A DNA stretch of 23,401 nt from IMG/VR virus record IMGVR_UViG_2667528074_000003, positions 1-23,401 of that record; one strand, given 5' to 3'. The notes beneath the pieces are model-generated. The model was not told the DNA's origin and ran no database searches. It was given only the letters and a program-made list of their open reading frames with translations. Both the position numbers and the translations under genes were made by a program. The first letter of the stretch is position 1. Each line of letters opens with the position of its first letter. Positions 15,672 through 23,401 of this stretch are shown piece by piece. The stretch comes from a virus. Lineage: Duplodnaviria > Heunggongvirae > Uroviricota > Caudoviricetes.

Positions 15672-16333
15672 TCCGCTACCTGAATATTGATTCTGCACTT
15701 TTGGAACGTTACACTGTCTCTGCACCTTATAAAGCGGGTGCCGGGCGTGGAAACCCGAAATTCAATATAGAGCACAACCGCGCTCATGCGGTTTTTTCGT
15801 GTCATGAGCATTGCTACGCCCAAATTATGGTGGGGCGTGCAGGGCCAACTTCGGTTGGGCCGGGTTCTATGTTGACCGGTATTTCCACCCCTGTACGTCT
15901 CACCACCTATATGGTCGTGGAAAGCCTTGGTGGTGAGTTCTTTGAATTCAACATAGGGGCTGTCACCATGACTACCACCACTACCCACCCATTCCTCAAA
16001 ATTGAGATTATTAACGGTAAGGCCGTTATTTTCTCCCTGCATGTAGCCTGCCATTTCAAGCGCATGCACCAGAACATCGTCGACAAAATCGAGTACCTGA
16101 ACTGCTCGCGCGAATTTTTCACCCGCAATTTCATACCGGGTACTTATCACATCTATGGTGACTCTTTGCGAGGTTATTACATCACCCTTGATGGCCTGAT
16201 GATGCTTCAGCTTGGGTTAAGTCTGCGCACAATGCGGTACTACGAGAGCTGTATTGAAGCATTCCATGAGGCAGAAACCAGCGTGAATCATACCGCTTTT
16301 CGCCGTAATCAATGGGAGGCGCGCCATGTGTAA
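15668..16333 (+). CDS. Rha-domain phage regulatory protein, tandem paralog 2
   Basis: 221 aa; ATG overlaps the stop of paralog 1 (ATGA) and is preceded by GGGAGGTG; the C-terminal domain is nearly identical to paralog 1 with mostly synonymous differences. Confidence 0.65.
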   Translation: MIRYLNIDSALLERYTVSAPYKAGAGRGNPKFNIEHNRAHAVFSCHEHCYAQIMVGRAGPTSVGPGSMLTGISTPVRLTTYMVVESLGGEFFEFNIGAVTMTTTTTHPFLKIEIINGKAVIFSLHVACHFKRMHQNIVDKIEYLNCSREFFTRNFIPGTYHIYGDSLRGYYITLDGLMMLQLGLSLRTMRYYESCIEAFHEAETSVNHTAFRRNQWEARHV

Positions 16334-16559
16334 TAACCATTATTCAGACACCTCTGTTACGGTAATTAAAACCCTGATGGATGCACTGATTGACATCTCT
16401 GTTATCGCAGATATGGCGCATAAACACGCCACCAGTGAAACAGAATATGCCGGGGCTGTCGTTCCTCACTCACTGGCTGTTATGCAAATTAGCGCCGATC
16501 AGGCGCTGGAAACAGCCAGCAAAATGCTCATGGCTGATGTGCGGGAGGTACATCCATGA
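16326..16559 (+). CDS. hypothetical protein (77 aa)
   Basis: Start overlaps the end of the upstream gene by 8 nt; part of the coupled operon leading into the replication genes. Confidence 0.5.
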   Translation: MCNNHYSDTSVTVIKTLMDALIDISVIADMAHKHATSETEYAGAVVPHSLAVMQISADQALETASKMLMADVREVHP

Positions 16560-16780
16560 TTCGCCGCCTCGTTAATTCTCTGTATCACCGATACAACTGT
16601 TGCCCCCGTGTGGGGCAGTGGATTGCCACCAGCAACGGTCACGTTCTGCGGGTTTGCCTGGTCAGCACCGAAAGCCAGAAAGTTGTGTGTGAATTACTGG
16701 GGCGTAACTACACCATTAGCTATCCGTTGATGGCGTTTCAGTCCGGAAAAATGTTTAAACGCCTGGGAGGTGCCGTGTGA
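16556..16780 (+). CDS. hypothetical Cys-containing small protein (74 aa)
   Basis: ATGA overlap with the upstream gene; several Cys (CCPRVGQW, CLVSTESQKVVC); stop overlaps the GTG start of the replication initiator. Confidence 0.5.
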   Translation: MIRRLVNSLYHRYNCCPRVGQWIATSNGHVLRVCLVSTESQKVVCELLGRNYTISYPLMAFQSGKMFKRLGGAV

Positions 16781-17754
16781 GCCGGTTAATTAAATTGCTT
16801 GATCGCCCGATTGCTTACAATCCGGCTTTTGCAAAGCTGAAAGCAGGAAAAGTGCGATCGGGGCCGGTTGCGGCTGTTTTTCTTTCACAGCTTGTCTACT
16901 GGCATAACCGTATGGATGGTGGCTGGATGTATAAAACCCAGTCCGATATTTTAGCAGAGACAGCATTAACCCGCGATGAGCAGGAAACTGCGCGTAAGCG
17001 CCTTGTTGCGCTTGGTGTTCTGGAAGAAAAGCTACGTGGTATTCCTGCCATTATGCATTACCGGATTAATACTGAACGGCTTGAAGCACTGCTGATTGAA
17101 CAGGTAAAACCTGATACGAAGGCTGACAGCAACGAGTCCAGCGCCGCAAATATCAAGAATGTGGGAACGCCGCAATCTGAAGCAGGGCAATACCGCGAAC
17201 AAGTTTGTGGAAACCCCGCAAACTGTGGTGTGGAAACACCGCAAACAGTGATGCGGGATCACCGCAAACCGTCATGTGGAAACCCCGCAAACATTCATAC
17301 AGGAGATTACACAGAGAATACTCATGAGATTACTCATGAGACTAAAAACACTATTGGCGCATCCGCTGACGCGTCTGCACCAGCGCGTTCTGCCCGACAA
17401 GAATATTCACCGGAATTTGAACAGGCCTGGCAGGAATACCCCAAACGTGCTGGTGGTAATTCCAAGTCGGCAGCCTTTAAAGCCTGGAAAGCCCGAATCA
17501 GGGAAGGTGTGACACCCGAAACCATGCTTGATGGCGTGAGGCGTTATGCCGCCTGGGTACGTGCCACAGGAAATACCGGCACACAATTCGTGAAGCAGGC
17601 CGCGACGTTTTTTGGACCCGATCGTCACTTCGAAGATTTCTGGCAACAGCCAGCCGCTCCCGGAGGTGGGCGACAGCGACAGATAGATATCCTGTCTGGT
17701 CTTGGTGCCATGTCTGACGAATTCGGTAAATCCAGTGACAACTTAACATTCTGA
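16777..17754 (+). CDS. replication initiation protein (lambda O-like), with origin iterons inside the coding sequence
   Basis: 325 aa; GTG start with GGGAGG RBS; N-terminal winged-helix-like region similar in pattern to lambda O; central linker encodes six phased direct repeats; followed by helicase loader and helicase genes. Confidence 0.75.
   Translation: MSRLIKLLDRPIAYNPAFAKLKAGKVRSGPVAAVFLSQLVYWHNRMDGGWMYKTQSDILAETALTRDEQETARKRLVALGVLEEKLRGIPAIMHYRINTERLEALLIEQVKPDTKADSNESSAANIKNVGTPQSEAGQYREQVCGNPANCGVETPQTVMRDHRKPSCGNPANIHTGDYTENTHEITHETKNTIGASADASAPARSARQEYSPEFEQAWQEYPKRAGGNSKSAAFKAWKARIREGVTPETMLDGVRRYAAWVRATGNTGTQFVKQAATFFGPDRHFEDFWQQPAAPGGGRQRQIDILSGLGAMSDEFGKSSDNLTF
17170..17292. 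repeat. replication-origin iterons: six direct repeats with core CCGCAAAC at exact 23-bp spacing
   Basis: Core 8-mers at 17170, 17193, 17216, 17239, 17262 and 17285 (variants CCGCAATC, CCGCGAAC); best copies TGTGGAAACCCCGCAAAC; followed by an AT-rich stretch (17293-17345). Confidence 0.7.
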
Positions 17755-17764
17755 GGTGACAGCG

Positions 17765-18643
17765 ATGATGACGTTTAACCTGCGTGAACAACAAACAAGA
17801 CTACAGGCGCGGATGGATGAGTTACGGTCTGAGATGGCGTTTGCGGAGACTGGGGAAAAACCGTGGCCTTATCGTTCCTGCCGGATGTGTGAAGGTCGCG
17901 GATATTGCGAAAAACATGGCGAATATCACACGCATATTCTGGTGTGGGGGGATCGTAATGGCGAGGACAGAGAGAAAATTTCACACTGTCCTCACTGCCT
18001 GAGTGCTGAAATCAACGATGTGATTATGGAGTTGTCGTCCCTGAAGGCGGAAGAACTGACTGATAACGCCGGAATTGCACTGCGTTTTCGTGACTGTGAG
18101 TTTGAAAACTATCAGGAGATTAATCCTGACGCAGCCAGAAATCTTGCTGCCTGTCGTCGCTATGCCGAAAACTGGGCGGATGTTCTGGAGAATGGCACAA
18201 ATCTCGTGCTGACTGGCAGTTGTGGCACCGGTAAAAATCACCTGGCGGTTGCGATGGCAAAATATGTCATCCGCAACTATCTCGCCAGTGTTGAGATCAC
18301 CGACGTGATGCGCCTGACCCGGGCTGTGAAAAACTGCTGGCGGAATGACAGCGAAAAAACTGCGGATGAGGTGATTGAGCATTATGCATCACTGGATCTG
18401 CTGATTATCGACGAAGTGGGTGTCCAGTTTGGTAGCGCGGCGGAAATGGCCATTCTTCAGGAAATTATCAATGCCCGGTACGAAAGTATTCTGCCAACCA
18501 TCCTGATCAGCAATCTTTCACCGAAGGCGTTGTGGGCATACATCAGTCCACGTATTGCTGACAGGGTTACGGATGGTGGCCGTAACCTGTTGTCCTTCAA
18601 CTGGCCCAGCTACCGGGCACATACCGGAGGTGTGGCAGCATGA
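17765..18643 (+). CDS. DnaC-like helicase loader (AAA+ ATPase) with N-terminal Cys-rich region
   Basis: Walker A LTGSCGTGKNHLAVAMA (DnaC-type GTGKNHL), Walker B LLIIDEVG; CxxC...CPHC cluster near the N-terminus; RBS GAGGTGA before ATG 17765 (track GTG at 17756 is an alternative). Confidence 0.85.
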   Translation: MMTFNLREQQTRLQARMDELRSEMAFAETGEKPWPYRSCRMCEGRGYCEKHGEYHTHILVWGDRNGEDREKISHCPHCLSAEINDVIMELSSLKAEELTDNAGIALRFRDCEFENYQEINPDAARNLAACRRYAENWADVLENGTNLVLTGSCGTGKNHLAVAMAKYVIRNYLASVEITDVMRLTRAVKNCWRNDSEKTADEVIEHYASLDLLIIDEVGVQFGSAAEMAILQEIINARYESILPTILISNLSPKALWAYISPRIADRVTDGGRNLLSFNWPSYRAHTGGVAA

Positions 18644-20040
18644 TCAGCCAGAACAGTCCGGTCTGGCGTAACGATGATCTGGAAGGTGCTGTTATTGGCG
18701 CATTCTTTTTGCGTGGGGCAGATCCGGAAGTGATGGATATTCTGGCCACACTACCGGCGGACGTTTTTTCTGTACGACCGTACCGGGATATCTACACAGG
18801 CATCTGCAGACAGGCCCGTGTGTCCGGCGTGATTGATCCTGTGCTGTTGTGCAATGAGATGCCGGAACTTGCCCCGGTGATTACTGATACCGGGCGTAAA
18901 ACCTGGGTGAAGTCATCTCTGGAACACTATGTTGCAGCACTGCGACGCAATGCCGCACTGCGTGATGCAGAAAAAACACTGGCCGAAGCATTGCAGAAAT
19001 TACGTGATGCGCATACCTGTGAAGCAGCTGAAGATGCCCTGAAGGATGCTCAAAACATGATGGTCTCATTGTCGACCGAAAAGGGCATTATTCAGCCTGT
19101 ACACATTGATGATGTACTTCCGGAGGTGGTTGACCGTGTTGAATGCCGGAATCAGGGGCTGGAGAAATCCAGGACGTTGATGACCGGTATTGATGAGCTG
19201 GACGCAAAAACAGGAGGCATGGAGCCCGGCGACCTGATATTCATCGCGGCGCGCCCTTCGATGGGGAAAACAGAACTGGCGCTGGATATCATCGACAAAG
19301 TGACTGAACAGGGGCGCGGTGTTCTTCTGTTCACAATGGAAATGGCGAACATTCAGATCGGTGAACGCATGGTGTCTGCTGCCGGAGGAATGCCTGTATC
19401 GCGCCTGAAATCTGTCTCTAACTTTGGTGACGAAGACTGGGCGCGTTTCATTAAGGGTGTGGAGCTGATGACCGGACGCAATATCTGGATGGTGGACCAG
19501 GCGAACCTGACCATTGACGAGATATGCGCAACAACGAAACACCATTTGATTAAACATCCGGAAACGGCACTGGTGGTGGTTGATTATCTCGGGCTGATAA
19601 AAACCCGAACCACGGGGCGTCATGACCTTGCCGTGGGTGAAATCTCAAAGGGACTTAAAGGCCTGGCAAAATCCGGTGGTTTTCCGTTGATTGCGCTGAG
19701 CCAGCTTTCCCGCAGTGTGGAGTCCAGACCAAATAAACGTCCCATGAACTCAGACCTGAAAAATTCCGGAGAAATAGAGGCGGATGCTGACATCATTCTG
19801 ATGCTTTACAGGGATGAAGTGTACAACCCGGATACGCAGGCCAGGGGCATCGCAGAAATTAATATCACGAAGCAACGTAATGGTTCTCTGGGGACGATTT
19901 ACCGACGTTTTTATAACGGACATTTTCTGCCCGTAGACCAGGAAAGCGCACAGGTTCTTTCTACACCAATGCAGCCGTCCAGACCGCGAAGATACAGTAA
20001 CAAACGAACTGACAGCAGTAAGATGGAGCGTTTCTTTTGA
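18640..20040 (+). CDS. DnaB-family replicative helicase
   Basis: 466 aa; DnaB-like N-terminal domain; Walker A ARPSMGKTELALDI; ATGA overlap with the DnaC-like gene. Confidence 0.85.
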   Translation: MISQNSPVWRNDDLEGAVIGAFFLRGADPEVMDILATLPADVFSVRPYRDIYTGICRQARVSGVIDPVLLCNEMPELAPVITDTGRKTWVKSSLEHYVAALRRNAALRDAEKTLAEALQKLRDAHTCEAAEDALKDAQNMMVSLSTEKGIIQPVHIDDVLPEVVDRVECRNQGLEKSRTLMTGIDELDAKTGGMEPGDLIFIAARPSMGKTELALDIIDKVTEQGRGVLLFTMEMANIQIGERMVSAAGGMPVSRLKSVSNFGDEDWARFIKGVELMTGRNIWMVDQANLTIDEICATTKHHLIKHPETALVVVDYLGLIKTRTTGRHDLAVGEISKGLKGLAKSGGFPLIALSQLSRSVESRPNKRPMNSDLKNSGEIEADADIILMLYRDEVYNPDTQARGIAEINITKQRNGSLGTIYRRFYNGHFLPVDQESAQVLSTPMQPSRPRRYSNKRTDSSKMERFF

Positions 20041-20051
20041 ACAACCAGACA

Positions 20052-20294
20052 ATGACTTTTACCCCTGAACAATTACGTAAACAGGCACAGGAAATGTTGC
20101 GACAAGCGGAACAACTGGAAAAAACAGGTGTAACAAAAGATACCATTCGTCGGGATATGGTTCCCGCGCTCAGAGAATTGATGCAGGCGAAACACCGTGC
20201 ACAAAAAGCGGTGGATGAGCTGGTGGATTGTGTGGCAGAGCTGGAAACCAAAGTTGGAAAGTTTGAAAAACTGGTGCATGAGGTGCTGCGCTGA
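20052..20294 (+). CDS. hypothetical small helical protein (80 aa)
   Basis: ATG 20052 (track TTG at 20037 overlaps the helicase stop); stop overlaps the ATG of the next gene; weak RBS. Confidence 0.45.
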   Translation: MTFTPEQLRKQAQEMLRQAEQLEKTGVTKDTIRRDMVPALRELMQAKHRAQKAVDELVDCVAELETKVGKFEKLVHEVLR

Positions 20295-20677
20295 TGCGTG
20301 ATATTCAGATGGTTCTTGAGCGTTGGGGAGCGTGGGTGGCAAATAATCATGAGGATGTTACCTGGTCATCGATTGCAGCCGGATTCAAGGGGCTTATTCC
20401 TTCAAAGGTTAAATCGCGACCGCAATGTTGTGACGATGATGCGATGGTTATTTGTGGTTGCATGGCTCGTCTGAAAAAGAGCAACAATGACTTGCATGAT
20501 TTGCTGGTGGATTATTACGTTTGGGGCATGACGTTTATGAGGCTGGCGCAGAAGCATAATTGCTCTGATGGATATATCGGGAAAAGGTTACAGAAAGCAG
20601 AGGGAATAATCGAAGGTATGTTAATGGCATTAGACATTTGCTTAGAGATGGATATTGATGTTACTAAGCTTAATTAA
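20294..20677 (+). CDS. late-gene antiterminator Q-like protein (phage 82 / DLP12 QuuD-like)
   Basis: 127 aa at the canonical position after the replication genes and before the late region; N-terminus [14 protein letters not shown] and Cys cluster ([12 protein letters not shown]) match my recollection of DLP12 QuuD; followed by a hairpin-rich leader. Confidence 0.6.
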   Translation: MRDIQMVLERWGAWVANNHEDVTWSSIAAGFKGLIPSKVKSRPQCCDDDAMVICGCMARLKKSNNDLHDLLVDYYVWGMTFMRLAQKHNCSDGYIGKRLQKAEGIIEGMLMALDICLEMDIDVTKLN

Positions 20678-20758
20678 TACGATTATTTTTTAATAAAAAA
20701 CGGGGCGTAAAAACACCCCCAAGATAAAGGGTAATATATAACAGAAAGTTTAGATAGT

Positions 20759-20840
20759 AAGAAGCAGGGCTCTAATGCTTCTTAAAGAAGTGGCTTGAGG
20801 GAGCCACTTATATGCTGAGAAGATAAAACCTTCTCAGCAT
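20759..20840. promoter_or_regulatory. cluster of three consecutive perfect hairpins between Q and the porin gene (candidate late-leader terminator region and porin terminator)
   Basis: Hairpin A 20759-20783 (8-bp stem), B 20788-20809 (8-bp stem), C 20812-20840 (11-bp stem ATGCTGAGAAG/CTTCTCAGCAT); C lies 17 nt beyond the porin stop on the opposite strand. Confidence 0.4.
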
Positions 20841-20857
20841 ATCCTTTATTAACCAGA

Positions 20858-21961
20858 TTAGAACTGGTATACCATACCTACAGCAACGATATCGTCAGTG
20901 TTTACACCAAGAGCTTTAGTAAAGTCATTTTTGTCAAGCAGGTTGATTTTGTAATCAACGAAGGTAGACATATTTTTGTTGAAATAATAAGTTGCGCCAA
21001 CATCAACATATTTGACTAAATCCTGGTCACCAAAAATGCCAAGATCTTTACCTTTTGATTGCAGATAAGCAACAGACGGACGCAGACCGAAATCGAACTG
21101 ATATTGTGCAACAGCTTCGAAGTTTTGTGCTTTATTAGCCACAAAGTAATCTGCGAATTTAGTCATATTCTGGGTTTCTGAATAGGTTGTTGCCAGATAA
21201 ACGTTGTTTGCGTCGTATTTCAGACCTGCAGCCCAGACTTCTGCATTTTCGCCGGAAGCAAATACTCCTGGGAGAAGTTTACCCAATTTGACTTGAGTGT
21301 CGGTACGATCAGATTTCGCATACGTTGCACCAATGCCGAAACCTTCGTATTCATAGGTCGCAGAGAAACCAAAACCATCGCCATTGCCTTTGGTGTAGTT
21401 ATCTAAGCTACTACGATCATGATTATTCTTACCCTGGTACTGTGCAGCAAAATTCAGACCATCAACCAGACCAAAGAAGTCGTTGTTACGATAAGTTGCA
21501 ACACCAGTGGTACGACCAGTCATGAATACATCTGTTTGGGTCCAGGTATCTCCACCGAATTCTGGCAGGACGTCAGTCCATGCACCGATATCGTATGCTA
21601 CACCGTAGTTACGACCGTAATCGACGGAGCCGTAGTCACCGAATTTAAGCCCTGCAAATGCAAGACGGGTTTTATCTTTGGCTGCTCCCTGTTCTTCAGT
21701 ACGGTTTCCTTTGAATTCATATTCCCACTGACCGAAACCAGTCAGTTGATCGTTGATCTGAGTTTCGCCTTTGAAACCCAGACGAGCATAAGTTGTGTCG
21801 CCATCATTTGCATCGTTAGAGGAGAAGTAGTGCTTAGCATTAACTTTTCCGTACAGATCCAACTTGTTGCTGTCTTTATTATAAATCTCTGCTGCCTGAG
21901 CAGACATCGCCATCAGTACTGATGCAGCCACAGCAGAAATTGCCACCGTTAATTTTTTCAT
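20858..21961 (-). CDS. outer-membrane general porin of the OmpC/OmpF/PhoE family (phage-borne NmpC/Lc-like)
   Basis: 367 aa; signal peptide [23 protein letters not shown] then AEIYNKD...; near-colinear with OmpC as I recall it ([38 protein letters not shown], terminal MVYQF); opposite orientation to the phage operons; AT-rich upstream region. Confidence 0.9.
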   Translation of the reverse strand: MKKLTVAISAVAASVLMAMSAQAAEIYNKDSNKLDLYGKVNAKHYFSSNDANDGDTTYARLGFKGETQINDQLTGFGQWEYEFKGNRTEEQGAAKDKTRLAFAGLKFGDYGSVDYGRNYGVAYDIGAWTDVLPEFGGDTWTQTDVFMTGRTTGVATYRNNDFFGLVDGLNFAAQYQGKNNHDRSSLDNYTKGNGDGFGFSATYEYEGFGIGATYAKSDRTDTQVKLGKLLPGVFASGENAEVWAAGLKYDANNVYLATTYSETQNMTKFADYFVANKAQNFEAVAQYQFDFGLRPSVAYLQSKGKDLGIFGDQDLVKYVDVGATYYFNKNMSTFVDYKINLLDKNDFTKALGVNTDDIVAVGMVYQF

Positions 21962-22468
21962 CACGAACCCTTTTTTTTGAACTATTTTTAAAAAATGATG
22001 TCACTGCGCGATAAATATTCATCTAATCAATGTGGTTATTTCAAGAGTCAAGTTTAATTTAGTGATTGATAATATGATCAAGATCTCATTTATGCGCGTT
22101 GGTATAATTTGTTGATATTTTTGTGTAATGCGGAATTTAATTAATGAAATACATTATTTACTCATTTTTCATTGAAAAATAACAATGATGTATTTGATGT
22201 AATATGTGTTATTCGTATGTTTTGTTTTGTTATATTGCATTAACATTTGAGTGGCGTATTTGTGGTTTACGTACGTAAAAATTCAATTATGATGTTAAGA
22301 GTGGTTGCTTCGACTCCTTCCTTAAAACCGCCGTCGGGCTGTTTTTTGTACCCGAAAAACGGCACAGGACGTTAAACGTGCTGGTGGTTGCGAATACTGG
22401 TCTTTCAGCTTGCTGGCTTTTTCGACAAGAGTTATTGGTATGTCACGTTAACCAGAAAGGAAAAAGAC

Positions 22469-22663
22469 ATGCTAAAACAGCAGGATATGACCGAAACTGC
22501 CAGAGTGGTGTTTAATGAATTAAGCGTCACCGAACCGGCGACCGTCGGGGAAATTGCGCAGAATACTTACCTTTCACGCGAACGCTGCCAGTTAATACTG
22601 ACTCAGCTTGTTATGGCGGGTCTGGCAGATTATCAGTTCGGTTGTTACAGACGTCTTCCGTAG
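22469..22663 (+). CDS. hypothetical small protein (64 aa), possibly winged-helix-like
   Basis: ATG 22469 with AGGAAA RBS (track start 22388 has no RBS); precedes the methyltransferase gene. Confidence 0.45.
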   Translation: MLKQQDMTETARVVFNELSVTEPATVGEIAQNTYLSRERCQLILTQLVMAGLADYQFGCYRRLP

Positions 22664-22816
22664 TGAAGGCTTTTTAATTTGTGGTAATGGGCGGCTGGTG
22701 GGTGTTAGCGGCACCTGCCAGCCATCTGCTCATGCGTTGGGGTCACAAGCAAACCTCAGGCCCATCTGCTTTGCGCAAAAGCGGTATGAGCCTATCAGAG
22801 AAGTGCTTATTGATCT

Positions 22817-23401
22817 ATGGCTAATACTGTAAAAATATCCAGTTGTGAGTTAATCAACGCTGATTGCCTGGAATTTATCCGGACCTTACCGGAAAACTCC
22901 GTCGATCTGATAGTCACAGACCCGCCATACTTTAAAGTGAAGCCCGAGGGCTGGGATAACCAGTGGAAGGGCGACGCTGATTACCTGCAATGGCTGGACC
23001 AGTGTCTTGCGCAGTTCTGGCGGGTATTAAAACCCGCCGGAAGTCTTTACCTGTTCTGTGGTCATCGCCTGGCATCTGATACCGAAATCATGATGCGTGA
23101 ACGCTTTAATGTACTGAACCACATTATCTGGGCGAAGCCGTCCGGACGCTGGAACGGGTGCAACAAGGAAAGCCTGCGGGCGTATTTCCCGGCAACAGAA
23201 CGCATTCTGTTTGCCGAACATTATCAGGGGCCATATCAGCCAAAAAATGACGGCTATGCGGCAAAAGGGCGCGAGCTTAAGCAGCACGTCATGGCCCCGC
23301 TGATTGCTTACTTTCGTGATGCGCGTGAATCACTGGGGATAACGTCGAAACAGATAGCGGAAGCCACCGGAAAGAAAAACATGGTTTCGCACTGGTTTGG
23401 T
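22817..23401 (+). CDS. DNA methyltransferase (DPPY motif, N6-adenine-type), 3'-truncated by the window end
   Basis: Not in the ORF track because no stop is reached; open from ATG 22817 to the window end (195 codons); motif IV LIVTDPPYF near the N-terminus. Confidence 0.75.
   Translation, partial: MANTVKISSCELINADCLEFIRTLPENSVDLIVTDPPYFKVKPEGWDNQWKGDADYLQWLDQCLAQFWRVLKPAGSLYLFCGHRLASDTEIMMRERFNVLNHIIWAKPSGRWNGCNKESLRAYFPATERILFAEHYQGPYQPKNDGYAAKGRELKQHVMAPLIAYFRDARESLGITSKQIAEATGKKNMVSHWFG

Noticed and set aside
15031-15797. Promoter-like (TTGATT-17-TACACT) and terminator-like hairpin motifs inside both Rha paralogs as stand-alone features
   Set aside because: They lie within frames that stay open and alignable between the two copies, so coding is the simpler explanation; reported as a finding, not annotated as promoters or terminators.
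15141-16150. Minus-strand ORFs 15141-15491, 15281-15475, 15650-16150 and 15907-16134 with similar N-termini (MISTR.EIAG.KF)
   Set aside because: They mirror the duplicated Rha-domain coding sequence on the plus strand; their apparent conservation is a by-product of sense-strand conservation, and the sense strand has the recognisable domain and coupled starts.
17170-17292. Possible CRISPR array (regular short direct repeats)
   Set aside because: Repeats are ~18 bp at 23-bp spacing inside a coding sequence, with no unique spacers of CRISPR length and no cas genes; they are replication-origin iterons.
13243-20350. Antisense or nested ORFs within the antirepressor, replication and Q genes (13243-13515, 13563-13863, 14045-14278, 17032-17262, 17276-17646, 17498-17794, 17775-18002, 17981-18382, 18881-19623, 19750-20350, 20073-20342) and within the porin (21325-21525, 21419-21922)
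   Set aside because: All are embedded in better-supported genes (Rha-like, O-like, DnaC-like, DnaB-like, Q-like, porin) and show no independent coding evidence.
22608-22832. 74-aa ORF overlapping the 3' end of the small ORF and the methyltransferase start
   Set aside because: Out of frame with both better-supported neighbours, no RBS, not protein-like.

Overview
This 23.4-kb window is the left junction and early/regulatory half of a lambdoid prophage inserted at the 3' end of the tmRNA gene ssrA, plus about 5.7 kb of flanking chromosomal or island DNA. Flank (1-5706): two low-GC ORFs separated at an A8 tract, a degraded pin-like serine-recombinase remnant, and an AIDA-type autotransporter gene broken by three homopolymer frameshifts with a shortened beta-domain. 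Prophage (5734-23401, standard lambda gene order): att core (27-nt copy of the ssrA 3' end), int and xis, a ~3.8-kb leftward early operon made entirely of genes I cannot assign beyond domain level (SPFH/band-7 lipoprotein with a small membrane protein; a 72-aa/193-aa overlapping pair with its own terminator; a 121-aa/153-aa pair sharing a domain, one with an XRE HTH), a CI-type repressor divergent from a Cro-like gene, three Rha-domain antirepressor-like genes (two are tandem paralogs with mosaic conservation), a HigB/HigA-like toxin-antitoxin pair, a replication module (O-like initiator with six 23-bp-phased iterons, DnaC-like loader, DnaB-like helicase), a Q-like antiterminator, an oppositely oriented OmpC-family porin, and the start of a DPPY-motif DNA methyltransferase. 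No rRNA, intact tRNA or CRISPR array was seen. The best candidates for an undescribed system are the accessory cassettes of the early-left operon (8047-11055). All functional calls come from reading the translations and motifs by eye; no database search was run.
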